DNA of 64,000 nucleotides from Neodothiora populina (Eukaryota): the NCBI RefSeq assembly GCF_041146345.1, contig NW_027191402.1, forward strand, positions 248,001 through 312,000, written 5' to 3'. Both the position numbers and the translations under genes were made by a program. Each line of letters opens with the position of its first letter. Position 1 is the stretch's first letter. Below the pieces are notes generated by a model. The model worked only from the letters and a program-made list of their open reading frames with translations, had not been told where the DNA came from and ran no database searches. This document shows positions 51,001 through 63,768 of the stretch, piece by piece.

Positions 51001-51314
51001 TGGGGCTGTCGCTGTTGTCGCCGTCGTCCACGCTGCTGACTGTTGCTGCTGCTGTTGCTCCGATTGACTCGAAGGAGAGACTCGTCTTCTTCCTCGATCT
51101 TTTCGTCGTTCTTGCACGAAGATGGTGTGAAGCTGACACTGTTTCCCATTCCAATCGAACTGCCGCTCCTTGTCGCACTGCTGCCCACCCCTCCCGTGTC
51201 TGACAGGTTCGAGCGCGTCGTGCTGCTGCTGTTCGTCCGCTTCAGTATACCCTTTAATACTGCGCGGAAATGCATCATATTGTTGTTTTGCTTTTGCCGC
51301 GCTGTGCTTTGCAC
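48057..51314 (-). CDS. SSK1: Two-component response regulator Ssk1/SskA
   Basis: RKIWVKRPGASPT, receiver domain NVLIVEDNIINLKLL...LVLMDIQLP, IIVALTASSL and WLERKVKEWGCMQALIDF; introns 50127-50295 and about 48295-48349; the start may be a few codons downstream. Confidence 0.9.
50762..50801. repeat. (GTACAG)6+ hexanucleotide repeat encoding PVPVPV in SSK1
   Basis: Direct read; poly-Q-coding triplet runs also lie at about 49878-49950 and 50913-50980. Confidence 0.9.
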
Positions 51315-52508
51315 TGTTCACTGTTCACTGTGGCCTGCTCCACCGAAACAAGTGCCCTGTCGACGCCCTTTGTCTTTCTTCTTTCGCGTAACCAGCGTGC
51401 AAATATTGCCGCCTAATCCGGGGTTCTTCTTCGTGAGCCCACTTGATTCACTTGCCCAATTGCTCCCGTCCGATAGGTGGGTAGTAATAAACAATCATGC
51501 TATCATGGATCGTATCCCACTCGTCAGCTTCATCATATGAGCTCGTGCGTCGTGCCGTCTCGCCCTTCCCTTCCCGCCCTCTGCCCTTCCCGTAATTACC
51601 TCCTTCGCCTTGCCTCAGGTACCTTGCCTACAGTACCCTCATTACTCGTGATTCTTCGCCCATTCGCCCCATGTCATACAGTACTTTGTGGAGACTGCAA
51701 TTTTCTTTTCCCACTGTTCCTTTTTCTTTTTCTTTCCTCGATAAAACATCAAAGCTCGGGCGGGTCTCTTGATCGAGCCTGTGGCACAAGATCGGTGGCC
51801 TTTTGCTCGCGTACCAGTACATGCAAGCCCACTGTGTTTCCTGTCATCGTCGTCGCTGCATTTAAGGAGACATGTGTTGGGATGACACGAGTCGCGAGAA
51901 GAGTCAATCGTGACATTCTTGAGATAATAGATACCGTTATTATCATGCTCAACATGCCCTAGATTGGGACTATACCAGCAGCCAAGGCTCACCCTTGTGA
52001 TTGAGAGGTAGGAATAAACTATCTTGCATGACCGGACACTTGACGCCGGCAGTAAAGCAATGCATGCAGTCGCAGACGATTACCTTTTTGCGAGGTCAAG
52101 CCACGTAGCTGCTTCGATTGAAAGCAGTTCGCGGGCTGGCAGGCTGGTTCAACTGCATAAGATGCAGAGTGTATTCCTATCTGTTTCTCGACTCAGAACT
52201 AGGCGTCTATAGTAGGTTGGAGCTGCCATTGCAAATATGGGCTTGAGTACTACCTGTGGTTGTGTGTGCTCATCACATGGAGTACAAGCCGAGACATGTT
52301 CGAATGTTTGCAATCATTTTGATGCATCAAGGGTATGCTCTATCGTTGGAAACACGGAACAAGGCTACAGTGCTGCAGTCATGGGTGGTCACTTGAGGCC
52401 ACAGTGAACAAATCTTCCAGAGTTTGTATATTCTGAACATCTAAGACTCCCACCTCCATAAATTCGTATCACCTCTCAGAGGTCTCAGCCCTTGCTCCAA
52501 GCGCCAAC

Positions 52509-53515
52509 ATGTCCAATACCAACCCCCAACCACCAGTAGACGAACTAGACATCAACTCCCCCCTCCAGCGCTTCGTCAACAATCCCCTCCAACTGCGAGA
52601 AAAGCTTCGAGGCACAAACGGCCTCATCTCAGGCGGCTTCGCCCTCCAAGTGCTCGCAGGAGTGGAATGGCCCGAATCAGACCTCGACATCTGTGTGCAG
52701 AGAGACAGAGCCCCTGAGCTGATTAGCTATCTGGTTGAAGTCGAGGGGTATGATCTGTGCTCGAGGTTGAGTGGGAAGTACGGATGGACTGAGGTGAGTC
52801 TTTGACTGATTTCAGACTGGTCGAGAGAGAGATGTAGAAGCGGGGAGTGTAGAACGACCTTAACTGACACGTGAGGGGTTTTGTCGTGAGATTATAGGTC
52901 GAAGAAGTGAGTCCCTGGTTCTCCTATCCTGCTCTTTCGCCCTACGTACTCCTCTCCGTTTTTCTCACCGCATGCATGCATGTTTCCTTATCCTTGCTTT
53001 AATGGAGTGTTAAGACGAAAAACCCGCAGGTCCACGCCTTCGACAAACCCAGCGTCGCCGATCCACAAACAAGAAAGCTCATAGAGGTCGTCTTCACCAA
53101 GCGCGATCCCATACGCTGTGTCTTGAGCGAATGTTACACGACTGCGCTGGTCAATGTGATTTCATGGGATGCCGCGTACTGCGTAAGCTCTTTTTTCTCT
53201 CTCCTCTTCTTTTCCCGTAATAGCTATGCACAGCTAAGATGACCCAATGAGATGAGGAAAGAATATGGTGCTACCTCCTCGTCGCAGCTTCTGTGCAACA
53301 AGTGCAACAAAAATCCCTAGCTAAAAATGCAAACTGCTCACTGACCCAGCTCTTCCCCACCCCAACATTGCTCCACAGACTCACCTTCAGTCTGAAAGAA
53401 CCCGACGACTTCCACGACGTCTTACTGCGCAAGTATCGCGCTAGAGGATACAGGGATCTTCGCAGGTTGCCTGCCATTACTTCAGGTACTGTTGTGCGAG
53501 AGCAAGATGAGATGA

Positions 53516-53556
<41 letters not shown>

Positions 53557-53820
53557 ACGGATGGCCGTAGTGGGGTCTTGTGCGACGCTACTTGCTTCTC
53601 GGGGATCAACAGACGTCGCAGGGTAGGAGATGAGTGGACGAGGAAAGTGGGCTTGTCAACTGAGGGTTTGGGACCATCTTCTGAGCTACGAAGAAGCAGC
53701 GGCAGCAGCAGTAGTGGTGGTAGAAGTGGGGGAGGTCTTGAAGACGTGTGCTTCGATATCGTGCACGAGGAGTTTTCTGAGAATGGGGCTGAGTGGATGA
53801 GACTCGTGGTTGTTGATTGA
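52509..53820 (+). CDS. Uncharacterised protein with Pol-beta-type nucleotidyltransferase-like motifs (~305 aa)
   Basis: Exons 52509-52793, 52898-52906, 53030-53182 and 53350-53820, all phase 0 with GT-AG ends; LISGGFAL...SDLDI and KYRARGY motifs. Confidence 0.7.
53518..53547. repeat. (GCT)10 coding poly-Ala
   Basis: Direct read. Confidence 0.9.
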
Positions 53821-54247
53821 AGGGATCAGAAGGAATGGCATGGGGCTTTGGTTCTTTGCATTCGGCATTCCACATTCACGCTAGAACTCGGTATTTTGGT
53901 CGGTTTGACAGAGACCGAGAGAGAGAGAGAGGAAAGAAATGGGGTGAGGCAAAAAAGATGGTTTCCTTGTTATTGTTCATCATGCGTTGGCTCCCGAAAT
54001 GTCATGACTGGCGCTTTCTCGCTCTTGCTCCTGCTCATGCTCCTGCTCCTGCATGTGTTTGTTAAAGAATACAACATGTATATGCTTGGTATGTTGTCGT
54101 TGAGGAAATACATTAAACGCCGTCGCCGTTAGAGATACTGTTTCATGTCTCATGATTCTGTTTTCTCCCGAGCCCCCAGAAAAAGAGTAAGAATGATACA
54201 AACCCGAAATTTGAAAATGACCTGCGAGTACTGCGAGTCATCTCCAT

Positions 54248-55243
54248 CTACTCGGCAAACTCGCCGTCCGCGGAATCCTGTCCTGGGTTCGCCTCTTCGT
54301 AGTTGAAGTACTTGATGAAGCGGTAATATCCTGCGCTGATGAGGGCGCCGAGGAAAGGACCGACCCTGTTTCCATATATCAGCAAGAGGATGGTGAATAG
54401 GAAAAGAAAGGCAAAAAAGACATACCAGTAGATCCAATGATACCCCTCAAAGCTACCAGCTGCGACGCAAGGACCGAAGCTCCTCGCCGGGTTCAAAGAT
54501 CCTCCGGTATAGTAAACACCAGCAATCTGCGCGACGAAAAGCGCGAGGCCGATGCCGATGGGAGCCATGAACGTGTCTTTGCTCTTCTCCGCCGCGAGCA
54601 TGAGCACAGTAAAGACAAGCTCGGCGGTCAGGAACATCTCGAAGAAGACGCCTTGCGCGATGGACATCTGCGGTGCTAGCGTTGTTCGCGTCACGTCGAT
54701 GGGGCCTGGGATCATGCATCTGATCAAGGCGGCGGCTACTATGCCTCCTAGGATCTGGGCGGGGAAAAGAACGAGGCCTTGTTGCTGTTAATTTCTTGTT
54801 CCGGTAGTCTTTGCACACCAAGGACCAATATCTCACCTCGCATCCATGGAAGCTGCCCTGCTGTGCACATGCCCAGAGTGACGGCTGGGTTGAAGAGTCC
54901 TCCGCTCACTCTGTATAACGTCCATGCAGTGACCAGGAGTGAGAAGCCATATCCGAGGGAGATGAATATCACAGTCTGTGCACTATTCGCTCCGTTTGAA
55001 CCAGTATCTCCTGCTTGCTCGATAGCCATTGTGTGACCTGCACAGTCGTCAGTGACGGACCTCATTATCAAGACATCGTTGTTTCGACCGAGATAGATGC
55101 TTACATGCAAAGGCAAAGAAGAGGAACAAGAATGTGCCCACGAATTCACCACTCGCTGCAACGAAATGACCACGAATGGTTCGGGCTTTCGATCGGTCAC
55201 CCCCTGTCATACTTTGGAATGGTTTCTCAAATGATCGAGCCAT
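54248..55243 (-). CDS. Aquaporin (MIP family)
   Basis: GEFVGTFLFLF, SGGLFNPAVT and YTGGSLNPARSFGP; HWIYW|VGP; three introns. Confidence 0.93.
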
Positions 55244-56498
55244 ATTTGTGTATTGAAAAGAGTTTTATTGTATTTTGGTCATGAGAGAAATAGAAAGCTC
55301 CTGTCCTTGCTCGATGGGCTACGGTAAAGTAAGAGAAAGGGACGCTATAACCTACGGTTGAGCTGAGGCGGGCGAACAATATCAAAACACAAACTTCATC
55401 AGCAAAAGGGGGCGGGACGGCTCCGTTTAAGTAACAGTTATCCTGTCAAGTTGCTCGTACCAGGAACCAGGCTAAGCCTGAGCTCTCCTGTACTGATCCG
55501 GTACGCTCACAATTGACGAGAGATGACGCTCCCCCGACAGCAACAATGAAGTCAGAAGAGACGGGACGAACATGTCAGGCGTGGATGCAACTATGACCAC
55601 CCAAGAGCCTCTGGCAGGGATGGCGATGTGCAACATGGCTCTATGGCTTATGCAGGGCTACGCGTGGATGGATGCTGTCATTAGAATAAGGTAGCGCCTT
55701 GCATGATGCGACGGATGCGCTACACAAGGACACTGAGATGCCGCACACGGTGGAGCACTCGATACTTGGTAGGAAACACGCCTCGATCCTGGCTGGTGAA
55801 ACGACCCGTTCTAACTCGCTTAGCTGGCTGAAAGCAGTGAGTATCAAAAGCGCACGAGCTTGAGCCTCGTTGAACATCTGTGATCGACTGGCTATCATGC
55901 TGTCGTAAGACTTATGTCACATTCTGAAGCTGCAAGTCTCCTCGAGAAGAGGCTGAGAATCGACCGTGGAAGATACAATACGAGGTAGATTTGTATCCAA
56001 CGAGCTGCAGCACGAAAGACAGGCATAAACTGAGCTGGTGAACGACGATCTGGGGTTAGCAGCACAAATGCTGCGATTGGAATCAGGCCGAGTCGTACAG
56101 GAGTAACACCGGAAATATCATTGGTGGGGGGCGCCTTCGCGCTTGTGACGTCACAGCCGGAACCAATCACGCAACGTGAATCTGAGAGGATTAATTCGTG
56201 GGGCACTAAGTGCTTGCTTTGTATCAAGTACTGGCCGGGTCCAGCCATATATCGTGGCGACGCAGTCTCGGATGAATCAGCAGCATATCTCATCCGTTCG
56301 TGTTGTCTAAGGGCAGCTTGAAAGCATGCTGTGGATATTGCCTTCGTGGTAGACCACTCGTACACACCATCGTGTTTTTGTGGAAATCATGATGTCTTGC
56401 ACCACCCATATACCCAAGGTGGTGATCTGTACCCACAGGAGTGGACAGTCGGATCCGTTGATGATGTGCCGCTGTGGGTCCTGCGCGCGAAAGGACCT

Positions 56499-58517
56499 TC
56501 ACCCGAAAGCTAACTTGCTTTGGCCTTTTTCGGGCGCTCTCCCGCCGGCTACGCGCCCGCGTCCTCGACCTCTGGTGGTTTTAGACTGCGATCGCGATTG
56601 GTTCATCCCACTGGCCGTACTATTCACTGCTGTTCGAGATCTCTCTTCGGATTGTAGATCTTTCGCAAAGTGCCAATCGTTGTGCTCAGTCCGCTCATTG
56701 GCTGCTATTGTGCGGGCACATCGTTCGCACGTGTACTGATCTGTACCAACTGAAATGTGAATACGGTCTTCCTGGACCTCACTTGCCAGCAGTGAATCTT
56801 GGTACTGATTCGACGGTGGGGGCACGCCGAGGTCTTCCGGAATCGAGTCTGATGCGGTATCATGGAGGTTCTTCTGCTCCTGTACCTCACCTACTTGGTC
56901 TTCGCTTTCTGAGATGACCTCCTCGCTGCTGGTATGGGTCGAAAAGAACCTCTGAATAGATTTGTCGTCGGTTTTTCTTCTCTTGTTCGAATAAGTATCC
57001 GTGCTTGGCGCGTCACTGCTGCCAACAGTCGCTGCTCCCATTGACATTGCCTCTTCGCCACGAACGAGAAAGCTAGAGATGCCCATATTGTTCGTAATGC
57101 CGTCCTCAAAGCCGCCCACGCTGAGAGAAAGATTGGCGCAGGGCCATGCTCTGCCATCTACCACGACCTGCGCAAGTAAGTTCTTTGCGAGATTGAACAG
57201 TGAGGTCTCGTCGATGTTTCTTCCTAGAGGTATTGGGGCCTGCTTGCTTCGTGTCTGCGCTCCCTGTCGATGGTGTAGATTAATGGTCTTGGGCCGTCTT
57301 TTATTCCCTAAGACACCTTCTTCTACCAGCCGTGAGAAAATATCAGCAACAAAAATACGCAGCCACCTGACAGCGGCGTCGAATGAGTTTATGGATGGGC
57401 GGAACGACTTTGCTGAAAGCATAGATTTGATTTGTGTTCGTGTGTTGACTTCACTGTTGTCCTCTCCGCGAATAGTGTTATACAGCCAAATTCCAGTGTC
57501 GTCGCCCACTTGCTTCTTGAGACGTTCGATGGGAACATCCAGAAGCTCACTGACAGTATCTGTGTTGAAAGCCGCAACGATCTCGTCACCAAGTTTCCCT
57601 CCCAGGTTTCTTATTTTAGTGAACTTGAATCCGCTCAGGAATTGTTGCACCGCTCGATTACGAATAATGGTCTGCTGATTGGGCTTTTTGTGAGCTGAGC
57701 CAAGCTTTGCAAGCATCTTGTTTCGTGCAATGCCGGCCGAACAAGTGTATTTCAGTTTATCATATATCGCAGCTCGTAGGTCACGCACGATCTCAGATGC
57801 CACAAGCATGACGACGTCGTCCCAGTCAGGGTCATGATCTTCAGTCTCGGTGTCGTCGAGATCGACCAATGCATCAGTCTTCCATTCGAGCACAGTCGTG
57901 GGTGGTCTGGGCAACTGCTCGGTAGGGTCATCGTAGGGTGCTGGACCTTTGAGTATCGCGTAGCGCTCCAGCAATATTTCATGTACTTGAGCTGAGAGAT
58001 CGAGGAACACCTCATCAATGCTCGCCTTCTCCACTTTCGACGAACGTGGTAGATGTTCCTTTATGGTAGCGAGAATCCTCCTGCTCTCAGTTCTATAAGG
58101 ATCCAAGCTCACTTTATGGGTTGCGATGTTCTTGAAAGCATCCTCATGATAGGCCCATTTCTCGTCGCCCTCTCGCCAAGTTGCAACATGTTGCATGATC
58201 AACTCGGGACATAGCTTCTGCGCTTCGGTAATGGTGATATGTCGATTCAAGCCAAATTTGCGCGCCGGATAGTTGATTGCGATGAGACCTTGCCACTGTT
58301 GCACTGCGAGCGGTTTGTCCACCGGTAGGCCAAGCCGTACCATCTCACATTGCGCATAGAATGCATCGAGATCGATGTGGGCAATTACGCGAAGAGGACA
58401 GCATGGATTTGAGGTTGCTAACTGGCCGAGGTGTTTATATGTGAATGCAGACTTCCGTGATCGATGTGGACTCGTGGACATGGGCGAAGATGCCAAAAAG
58501 GACTGTGGTGATGACAT
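56499..58517 (-). CDS. RAD30: DNA polymerase eta (Y-family)
   Basis: HIDLDAFYAQCE, IAINYPAR, KASIDEVF and CSAGIARNKMLAKL; C-terminal UBZ (CERC...HNDWH). Confidence 0.95.
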   Translation of the reverse strand: MSSPQSFLASSPMSTSPHRSRKSAFTYKHLGQLATSNPCCPLRVIAHIDLDAFYAQCEMVRLGLPVDKPLAVQQWQGLIAINYPARKFGLNRHITITEAQKLCPELIMQHVATWREGDEKWAYHEDAFKNIATHKVSLDPYRTESRRILATIKEHLPRSSKVEKASIDEVFLDLSAQVHEILLERYAILKGPAPYDDPTEQLPRPPTTVLEWKTDALVDLDDTETEDHDPDWDDVVMLVASEIVRDLRAAIYDKLKYTCSAGIARNKMLAKLGSAHKKPNQQTIIRNRAVQQFLSGFKFTKIRNLGGKLGDEIVAAFNTDTVSELLDVPIERLKKQVGDDTGIWLYNTIRGEDNSEVNTRTQIKSMLSAKSFRPSINSFDAAVRWLRIFVADIFSRLVEEGVLGNKRRPKTINLHHRQGAQTRSKQAPIPLGRNIDETSLFNLAKNLLAQVVVDGRAWPCANLSLSVGGFEDGITNNMGISSFLVRGEEAMSMGAATVGSSDAPSTDTYSNKRRKTDDKSIQRFFSTHTSSEEVISESEDQVGEVQEQKNLHDTASDSIPEDLGVPPPSNQYQDSLLASEVQEDRIHISVGTDQYTCERCARTIAANERTEHNDWHFAKDLQSEERSRTAVNSTASGMNQSRSQSKTTRGRGRGRVAGGRAPEKGQSKLAFG

Positions 58518-59494
58518 TGCATTGACGTGGAGTGGATTTGATCCCCCATATATCTTGAGTAACGCGGTGTCGCGATCGCGTTTTACGTGTAAAGTGGTCG
58601 AGATGCCGGTGACATCTTGGTGGGGCAGAGATGCGGCAAGGACGGCGAAGAGATACTCTAGAGCATTCCAAAATTTCCAGAGTGCATATTTTCAAGTTCT
58701 GAATCAGTGATGCTTCAAGATGGCGAATAGTACACTTGTTGTAGTGTATACAGGTTGTGGTAAGGGTGAAATGAGGCAAAATAATGATGAATGCCCTATG
58801 TGCTACGATAACCAAATATTATAAGTATCAAGTGGAGCCGTCACTCCTGTCTCTCACAAGCCACACGCGACGCCACAGCCATTGCGCATGGTCTGAGCGC
58901 AACTCCCGTGCTCCTCGAAATTACTATAAGGAGATATTTGAACATTGACTGTGTCTTTTTATGGTGACTAGTAAGAAGGCTTCGTTCGTTTCAGCAGATA
59001 CTTGTGTTATGTCTGATATTCAAACACTTATATGTACGATGACTTGATGTGTTCATAGTAGGTAGGCTTGCCTTTGGACACCAATATATATACCAGCATG
59101 GCTGCAGAGTGACAATCATACTGCTATGTCATACACATTCATACTTCATACACTCTCTGTATACTATCAGTGAACACTTCTATAGGGCAGGTAAGGTCTG
59201 ACTAACATGACTTGCGTAGCTTTGCGTTGAAGTGGAAGAGTTTACTGCAAGGTACCCGTAGCTCAAGCAGTCCAAGGCCAAAGTGTATCTAAGACGTCAT
59301 TATCTAGGTATGCTACGGTAGAGGGTAACTGTAAGCTAAGATATTGTTGCATATGTCTTGATGCATGATTTCTTGAGTTGGATGAGGAGTTTATAGAAGT
59401 CATCATTCGAGTCGAATGTCAAATCTGTACAGATAATCGCAAGTTCTAGATTCCCCTATTACCAAGCGATACCTCTCAAATAACGAGGTGCACC

Positions 59495-59722
59495 ATGTCA
59501 GCCTCCGCTCTACGCTCACCCTCATTCCTCATGGGACTCGCCAATATCTTTGCCATTGGCGGGTCAACCTACATGCTCCGCAGTCATCATATATACAATC
59601 TCGAAGAGCACGAAGCCCGCATGGATGAGCTCGAAGGCACACTACGTGGACACATTGGATTGATCGAGGAAGCACTGGACAGACTCGAAGGAAAGGGAGG
59701 CGTCAAGGGCAAGAAAATGTGA
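59495..59722 (+). CDS. Small hypothetical protein (75 aa), one hydrophobic segment plus coiled coil
   Basis: CACCATG start context; hydrophobic FLMGLANIFAIGGSTY followed by heptad-like LEEHEARMDELEGTL. Confidence 0.55.
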   Translation: MSASALRSPSFLMGLANIFAIGGSTYMLRSHHIYNLEEHEARMDELEGTLRGHIGLIEEALDRLEGKGGVKGKKM

Positions 59723-60368
59723 GCACACGACTCTAGTTGTTGATAAGCATAAGCTGATTCGATGAAGGGAGGAATTGTATTCGGCCAGAGGCAAAGATGA
59801 GAAGAAGAAGTAATGCGCACGTCGTCTGATCATCGGTGGTTATCAGAGGACTTTGCTGGCGAATTCATGCCCTGTCTAGATCAGGCGACGGGTTCATGAA
59901 TACGAGGATGTTTCGATGCGGTCCCGATGCAGATATTTCTGACTGTCGAGAGACTGTCGACGACTTTTACGATAGAGAAATGGCTCATGTAACACGTCGA
60001 AGATACACAAGAAACTCGAGACGTATAAGAGCAGTAGCATATCGTCTGTAATCTAGGTACAAGTATTCGTACACGTAGTCGTGCCTCAAACTGGAGCAGC
60101 GAGAAATGAAGGTCATAAATCACGGACCAGGAGTGCCTGCCCCATGTTCAGGCTTGGCAGGGTCCCGTGTACCTGCCCCTTTGCACCAGTTCCACGCTGC
60201 ACCTTCCCCCATACTGAATGCTGGCTGCATCTCGCTCGTTTGCAGGTTTCCTTACATTATCCCAAGGTATCTTGTCACTTCATCTTCATCGGCCAACTCG
60301 AATCATTCCTTCAAAGTAATCGAGCTTGACTACAATCTCAAACCTCTGACAGCTCTCCAACCGCCATC

Positions 60369-61906
60369 ATGTCTGGCTACACTAACCCGGTATGCGCGTC
60401 TCCATCAGTGGCTACCGTCTCCCCAACCCTTCATTCCACCTCAGGGATCGGCAGCGTGATAAATACTGCATCATTGCTTACATTCATCAGATACGGCGCA
60501 AGAAGAATGTCAAGAAGGGTATTCAATTCTGCATCATGGTGTGCGGTGCATCTGGCACTGGTACGTGTTGTGATTATACTTGGACAGTTGTTCGATCAAC
60601 CCCCTAACAAGTCTGCCACCCATTAGGCCGCACCACCTTCGTCAACACTCTCTGCGGCAAGAAAGTCCTGCAAGGCCTCGATTCAGATGACGCAGCAAAT
60701 GCGCACATTGAGGAGGGTGTGCGGATAAAGCCAGCCACCGTTGGTACGAAGGCATTTCCGAACACAGCGCTCCTTGTCATTGTTATTGACCCATGCTGCA
60801 GAGCTCGAACTCGACGAAGAAGGCACACGCATTTCACTTACCGTCGTCGACACCCCTGGATTCGGTGACCAGATCGACAATGAAGCAAGGTACATTGGTG
60901 TTCAGACACTACGAACAAAGAACTGGCTGACTCTGCGACAGCTTTGGCGAGATTGTCGGATATCTGGAGCGACAATACGACGACATCCTTGCAGAGGAAT
61001 CCAGGATTAAGCGTAACCCCAGATTCCGCGACAATCGCGTTCACGTCCTCCTCTATTTCATTACACCAACTGGTCACGGGTAAGCGATTGCGCAGCCGTC
61101 TGTCTATCTTCTGATCGAGCACTGACGTTGTCTTTGTACCACAGTCTCCGCGAACTCGACATCGAATTGATGAAGCGCCTCTCACCTCGTGTCAACGTCA
61201 TTCCCGTCATAGGAAAGGCAGATTCATTGACCCCGACCGAGCTTGCTGAGACGAAGAAACTTGTCATGGAGGACATTGAGCACTACCGCATCCCGGTCTA
61301 CAACTTCCCCTACGACATCGAGGAGGACGACGAGGACACTGTCGAGGAGAACGCAGAGCTGCGTGGACTCATGCCTTTCGCCATTGTCGGATCAGAGGAG
61401 ACTGTCGAAGTCGGTGGCCGGGCGATCAGGGCGAGACAGTACCCATGGGGATTGGTCGAGGTCGACAACCCAAGACACAGCGATTTCCTCGCCATAAGAA
61501 GCGCTCTGCTACACAGCCATCTTGCAGATCTCAAGGAGATCACCCACGACTTCCTCTACGAAAACTACCGTACCGAGAAGCTCAGCAAGAGTGTCGAGGG
61601 AGGCAATGCTGCGTAAGTTTACCAAGTAAAGTACGATAAAACACAGGACTGACATGATGCAGTGATCAATCACTCAACCCCGAGGATCTTGCCTCACAAT
61701 CCGTGCGCCTTAAGGAGGAGCAGCTGCGCCGCGAAGAGGAGAAGCTCAAGGAGATCGAGCTCAAGGTGCAGCGCGAAATCAACGAGAAGCGACAGGAACT
61801 GCTGGCACGCGAGAGCCAGCTCAAGGAGATTGAGGCCCGCATGCATAGAGAGCAGAGCGCCGCACTCAGCGTCACTGACGCAGACTCTGCCGAGGTGCGA
61901 GCTTGA
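60369..61906 (+). CDS. CDC11: Septin, Cdc11/AspA group
   Basis: RRKKNVKKGIQFCIMVCGASGTGRTT, VVDTPGFGD, VIPVIGKAD and RQYPWG; C-terminal coiled coil; six introns. Confidence 0.93.
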
Positions 61907-62672
61907 AGCGGTAGAGTTGCATTGCACAAAAGTGATTGAAGGTTCTTTTTCTTTATTCTTGTCACTTTTGATTATCTGGGGACAAGCAACCAGGGAGCAG
62001 AGGAGAGAGGGCGAATGGGTGCCAAACTACAGTAAAGTTGACAGACTCCTTACAGGACCCGTTTCTTTTGTTTTCTTTCGAGCAAGTAAAGTATTCCCCC
62101 ACATGTCTGTATTCGAGAGTTGCACATGTACTAGTCTATAATATCAATCACTGGAGAACAGCCTTTTTCTTCTGTTTTGTATTTTGTCTGCCATGTCAAA
62201 CCCAGCACTGCGCATGCTGATCAAGGCTCTGTACTTGTATATAGTAACGATCGTGGAGACGACGATTGCTGGTCTTCCTACGATTACTCTTTGCCGTAGC
62301 CCGGTCAGGCATCACTCATCAGTACCCACTTGTGTGATTGATATAGCACATTGGGCACCTACAGGTACCAGAGCACGGTACTCGTCGCACACCCTCAAAG
62401 CACAGGAACAAGCACAGACTTTCCGTCTGTTCCTGGCGGAGATTGCGGAGTTATAAGACCAAAAGTGCGGAGGGATTGAGCATGACAGTATGCCTTGTTT
62501 TGAATGATCTATGGTATACAAGTACAGTGGTGGTTGATGCCTCATACATCTTTCGCTGGGCAACACTGCGGCAAACAAAAGTCAGGGGACTAGATACTTC
62601 ATCCGTCTACCAAAAGACCAAAGCAGTATCGAAACATAAGAAACAAATCCACAGACCCAAGAAGCAAAAACC

Positions 62673-63768
62673 ATGGCCCAACCAACGACTACTCCACCAC
62701 CAACAACAACAACAATCGCCCCTCCATTCCTCGACATCCCCGGCATCTCCAACTTCAGAGACATAGGCGGATACGCCAGCAACCTCCCCTTCTCACCTCC
62801 CAGCCCCTCGGCCAGCAGCACGAGTCCCCGCGCTCATACCCAGAACCAATCTATCCGCCGCGCCCTCGTCTACCGCTGTGCAGACCCCTCGCGCGTCCAA
62901 CCCGACGGGCTCGCGAGGCTCAGAGACCTCGGCGTCAGGAAGGTGTTTGATCTACGCAGTATCACCGAGATTAAGAGACTCGGGCCGGAGTGGAGTGGGG
63001 TTGAGATTGAGGATGGGGCGTTTGTCACTAGGGATTCGTCGAGGCGGGATGGAGATGAGAAAGAGGAGGGCGAGGAGGAGGAGGAGGAGGAGGAGGAGGA
63101 GGAGGATGAAGGCGTGATCGAGAGGATATGGTGTCCCGTGTTCGCGGACAAAGACTACGGTCCTGAGAAAGTCGCGATTCGGTACTCGCATTATGCGAAG
63201 AGTGGTAGTGAGGTATGTACTATACTGTACTATATCCCATCCCACATGATCCATCCCATCCCTCGATCGCTACTTCTCTTTCTATTAGCAGACGGAACTG
63301 ACCAGCGCCAAGGGCTTCGTACAAGCCTACACGGACATCCTGGAGAACGCATCCTCCGCCTACCGCACGATCCTAACGCACCTGTCCGGCCCGACTCCCG
63401 CGCCCTGCATCATCCACTGCACAGCAGGCAAAGACCGCACCGGAGTCATCGTCGCACTGCTCTACCTCCTCTGCTCCGTGCCGCCCTCCGTCATCGCGCA
63501 CGAATACAGCCTCACAGACGCCGGCTTGGCGCATCTGAAGCCGCTGTTCAAGGAGCGATTGCTCAAGAATCCGGCGCTGGCGGGGAATGAGGACGGGGTG
63601 GATAATATGATTAGCAGTAGGGAGGAGAACATGAGTGCGACCGTCGAGATGATTCAAGAGAGGTATGGTGGGGCGGAGAGGTATATGACTGAACGACTGG
63701 GGTTGAGCAGCGAGCAGATCGAGAGGTTGAAAGGGAATCTGGTTGTGGATGTTCAGCCTGTCTTTTAG
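62673..63768 (+). CDS. Protein tyrosine/lipid phosphatase (Y_phosphatase3-like)
   Basis: NFRDIGGY, VFDLRS and catalytic IHCTAGKDRTG; one intron after GSE (donor GTATGT near 63213). Confidence 0.88.
63072..63104. repeat. (GAG)11 coding poly-Glu
   Basis: Direct read. Confidence 0.9.
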
